A DNA stretch of 24,000 bases from Idiomarina sp. (GTDB lineage: Bacteria; Pseudomonadota; Gammaproteobacteria; Enterobacterales; Alteromonadaceae): positions 9,431 through 33,430 of the forward strand of contig JAFIFP010000013.1 of the NCBI GenBank assembly GCA_020831965.1, written 5' to 3'. Within the stretch, counting starts at the first letter, position 1. Each line of letters starts with the position of its first letter. The position numbers and the translations under genes were made by a program. Shown one piece after another: positions 22,821 through 24,000 of this stretch. Below the pieces are notes generated by a model. The model had not been told where the DNA came from and did no database searches. It was given only the letters and a program-made list of their open reading frames with translations.

Positions 22821-23100
22821 TCAGTTAGACCCCATTATTCATCCGCCGAAGCGCCTGCAGATATGCGCCTTACTTGTGGGCGTGACTGAGATGGATTTCT
22901 CAACCTTGCGTGAAACGCTCGATGTGTCTGATTCGGTTCTGTCAAAACAATTGAAGTATCTAGAAGACGCAGACTATGTTGCTGCTCGAAAGGTACTTCA
23001 AGATGGCCGTCAACGCACTTGGCTCACCTTAACGAAGCAAGGTCGCGCGGCTTTTGCGGCTCATGTACAAGCCTTAAGGGCTATTGCTGACATAGCTTAA
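22810..23100 (+). CDS. Small winged-helix (MarR/ArsR-like, HTH_34-type) transcriptional regulator
   Basis: 96 aa. Motifs: IHPPKRLQICALL......FSTLRETLDVSDSVLSKQLKYLEDADYV...........RTWLTLTKQGRAAFAAHVQAL. Confidence 0.7.
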   Translation: MMHDQLDPIIHPPKRLQICALLVGVTEMDFSTLRETLDVSDSVLSKQLKYLEDADYVAARKVLQDGRQRTWLTLTKQGRAAFAAHVQALRAIADIA

Positions 23101-23161
23101 CTCCCTGACAAATCAGCTAATTCGGTCTATCTTTAAAGGAATTAGTCAATAGGAGACAGCT

Positions 23162-23545
23162 ATGACAGCCACAATGGCACTTGGACTCGCTAGTATCTTA
23201 TTCTTACTCGCTATTATCCTTGGTGTAATGTTGGGTTTTGCGCGTTTCGGTAAATCCGTCAACCCACCGCCCGTCTTGGTCTGGTGGCATGGCGGCTTTG
23301 CCTTTATCGGCTTCCTCATCTTGCTCTACGGCAGTTTCTTTGTGGGCTATCCCACGGTTGCGAACTATGGTGTGTTACTGATCGCGTTGGCTGCTGTCGG
23401 CGGGGTCTGGATGTATATGGCCTTTCATCGTAAACAAAAGTTACTCCCTGTCCCTATTGTTTGGGCACATGGTGTCGCGGCAGTCATCGGGTTTGTTATG
23501 ATTCTCTACGCGATGCTGAATATCGCCGAAACCACCCAATTATAG
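23162..23545 (+). CDS. Hypothetical membrane protein (4 TM, internal 2+2 duplication)
   Basis: RBS AGGAGA lies before the ATG. The two halves share P-x-[LI]-V-W-x-H-G-x-x-A-x-I-G-F-x-x-x-L-Y (PVLVWWHGGFAFIGFLILLYG versus VPIVWAHGVAAVIGFVMILYA). Confidence 0.55.
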   Translation: MTATMALGLASILFLLAIILGVMLGFARFGKSVNPPPVLVWWHGGFAFIGFLILLYGSFFVGYPTVANYGVLLIALAAVGGVWMYMAFHRKQKLLPVPIVWAHGVAAVIGFVMILYAMLNIAETTQL

Positions 23546-23555
23546 GACGACAACT

Positions 23556-24000
23556 TTGCAGTATTGGTTAATGAAAACCGAGCCGGACGAATGCAGTATT
23601 GACGACTTCCGGCTCGCACCAAGCCGCCCTTTGCAGTGGGACGGTGTGCGCAACTACCAGGCACGTAACTTTATGCGATCTATGGAGGTTGGCGACCAAG
23701 TCTTGCTCTATCACTCAAGCTGCAAAAATATTGGCGTCGCCGGACTGATCAGAGTGGCCAAAAGCGCCTACCCGGACCCGAAGCAGTTTGATGACAAATC
23801 GCCCTATTTCGATCCCAAAAGCACTAAAGACAAGCCCCGTTGGGATGCTGTGGATCTCGTATTCGAACAAAAGTTTGAGCAGGTTATTTCGTTAGACAAG
23901 CTGAAAGGGTGCGAAGCTTTGGTGGAAAATCCGTTGGTTAAAAAAGGAAACCGCCTGTCCGTCATTCCATTTTCAGAAGACGAGTTTCAGGCGGTTTTAG
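23556..24000 (+). CDS. EVE-domain (DUF55/THYN1-like) protein, 3' end beyond the window; probable TTG start
   Basis: Translation from the TTG at 23556: (M)QYWLMKTEPDECSIDDF....WDGVRNYQARNFMRSMEVGDQVLLYHSSC...GVAGLIRV...YPDP.....SPYFDPKS....PRW..VDL..........LK......NPLVKKGNRLSVIPFSEDEF. The conserved YWLMK lies upstream of the first ATG (23571). The gene is missing from the ORF track because no stop falls inside the window. Confidence 0.8.
   Translation, partial: MQYWLMKTEPDECSIDDFRLAPSRPLQWDGVRNYQARNFMRSMEVGDQVLLYHSSCKNIGVAGLIRVAKSAYPDPKQFDDKSPYFDPKSTKDKPRWDAVDLVFEQKFEQVISLDKLKGCEALVENPLVKKGNRLSVIPFSEDEFQAVL

Noticed and set aside
23556-24000. EVE domain as part of a modification-dependent restriction or defence system
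   Set aside because: The visible part is a solo EVE domain with no fused nuclease, and no adjacent restriction-type gene is visible upstream. This matches the common stand-alone housekeeping form. The downstream context is outside the window.

Overview
Densely coding, chromosome-like window with gammaproteobacterial gene content; the RluF, YciI and YaiL/DUF2058 homologues resemble enterobacterial proteins. I recognise about 30 protein-coding genes. I see no rRNA, tRNA, CRISPR array, transposase or integrase.

Gene order, left to right:
- 5' end of a COG0523-type GTPase gene running off the left edge, behind a Zur-like palindrome.
- Lipoprotein with three Ig-like repeats and a DUF3494 (ice-binding family) domain. 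It is split by a single in-frame TAG and is co-transcribed with an OmpA-family protein carrying two peptidoglycan-binding domains.
- Crp/Fnr regulator, secreted amidohydrolase and class II sirtuin.
- CcdA plus periplasmic thioredoxin pair.
- AraC regulator divergent from a translationally coupled operon: DinB-like protein, NRDE(TANGO2-family)::acyltransferase fusion, OlsB-like N-acyltransferase.
- MAPEG protein, SbtA-like permease and P-type ATPase.
- Divergent DUF3299/DUF1826 pair sharing a second copy of the same palindrome.
- Small TonB_C-lipoprotein operon, 2OG-Fe(II) oxygenase, rluF, a YciI-like gene and a DUF2058 gene.
- Membrane-protein/winged-helix regulator pair behind a triple-motif operator, another small membrane protein, and a truncated EVE-domain gene.

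The best candidate for something undescribed is the NRDE::acyltransferase + OlsB-like + DinB-like operon (9286..12267), a probable aminolipid pathway with unexplained extra components. The interrupted DUF3494/OmpA surface module comes second.

All family assignments come from reading motifs in the translations. No database search was run.
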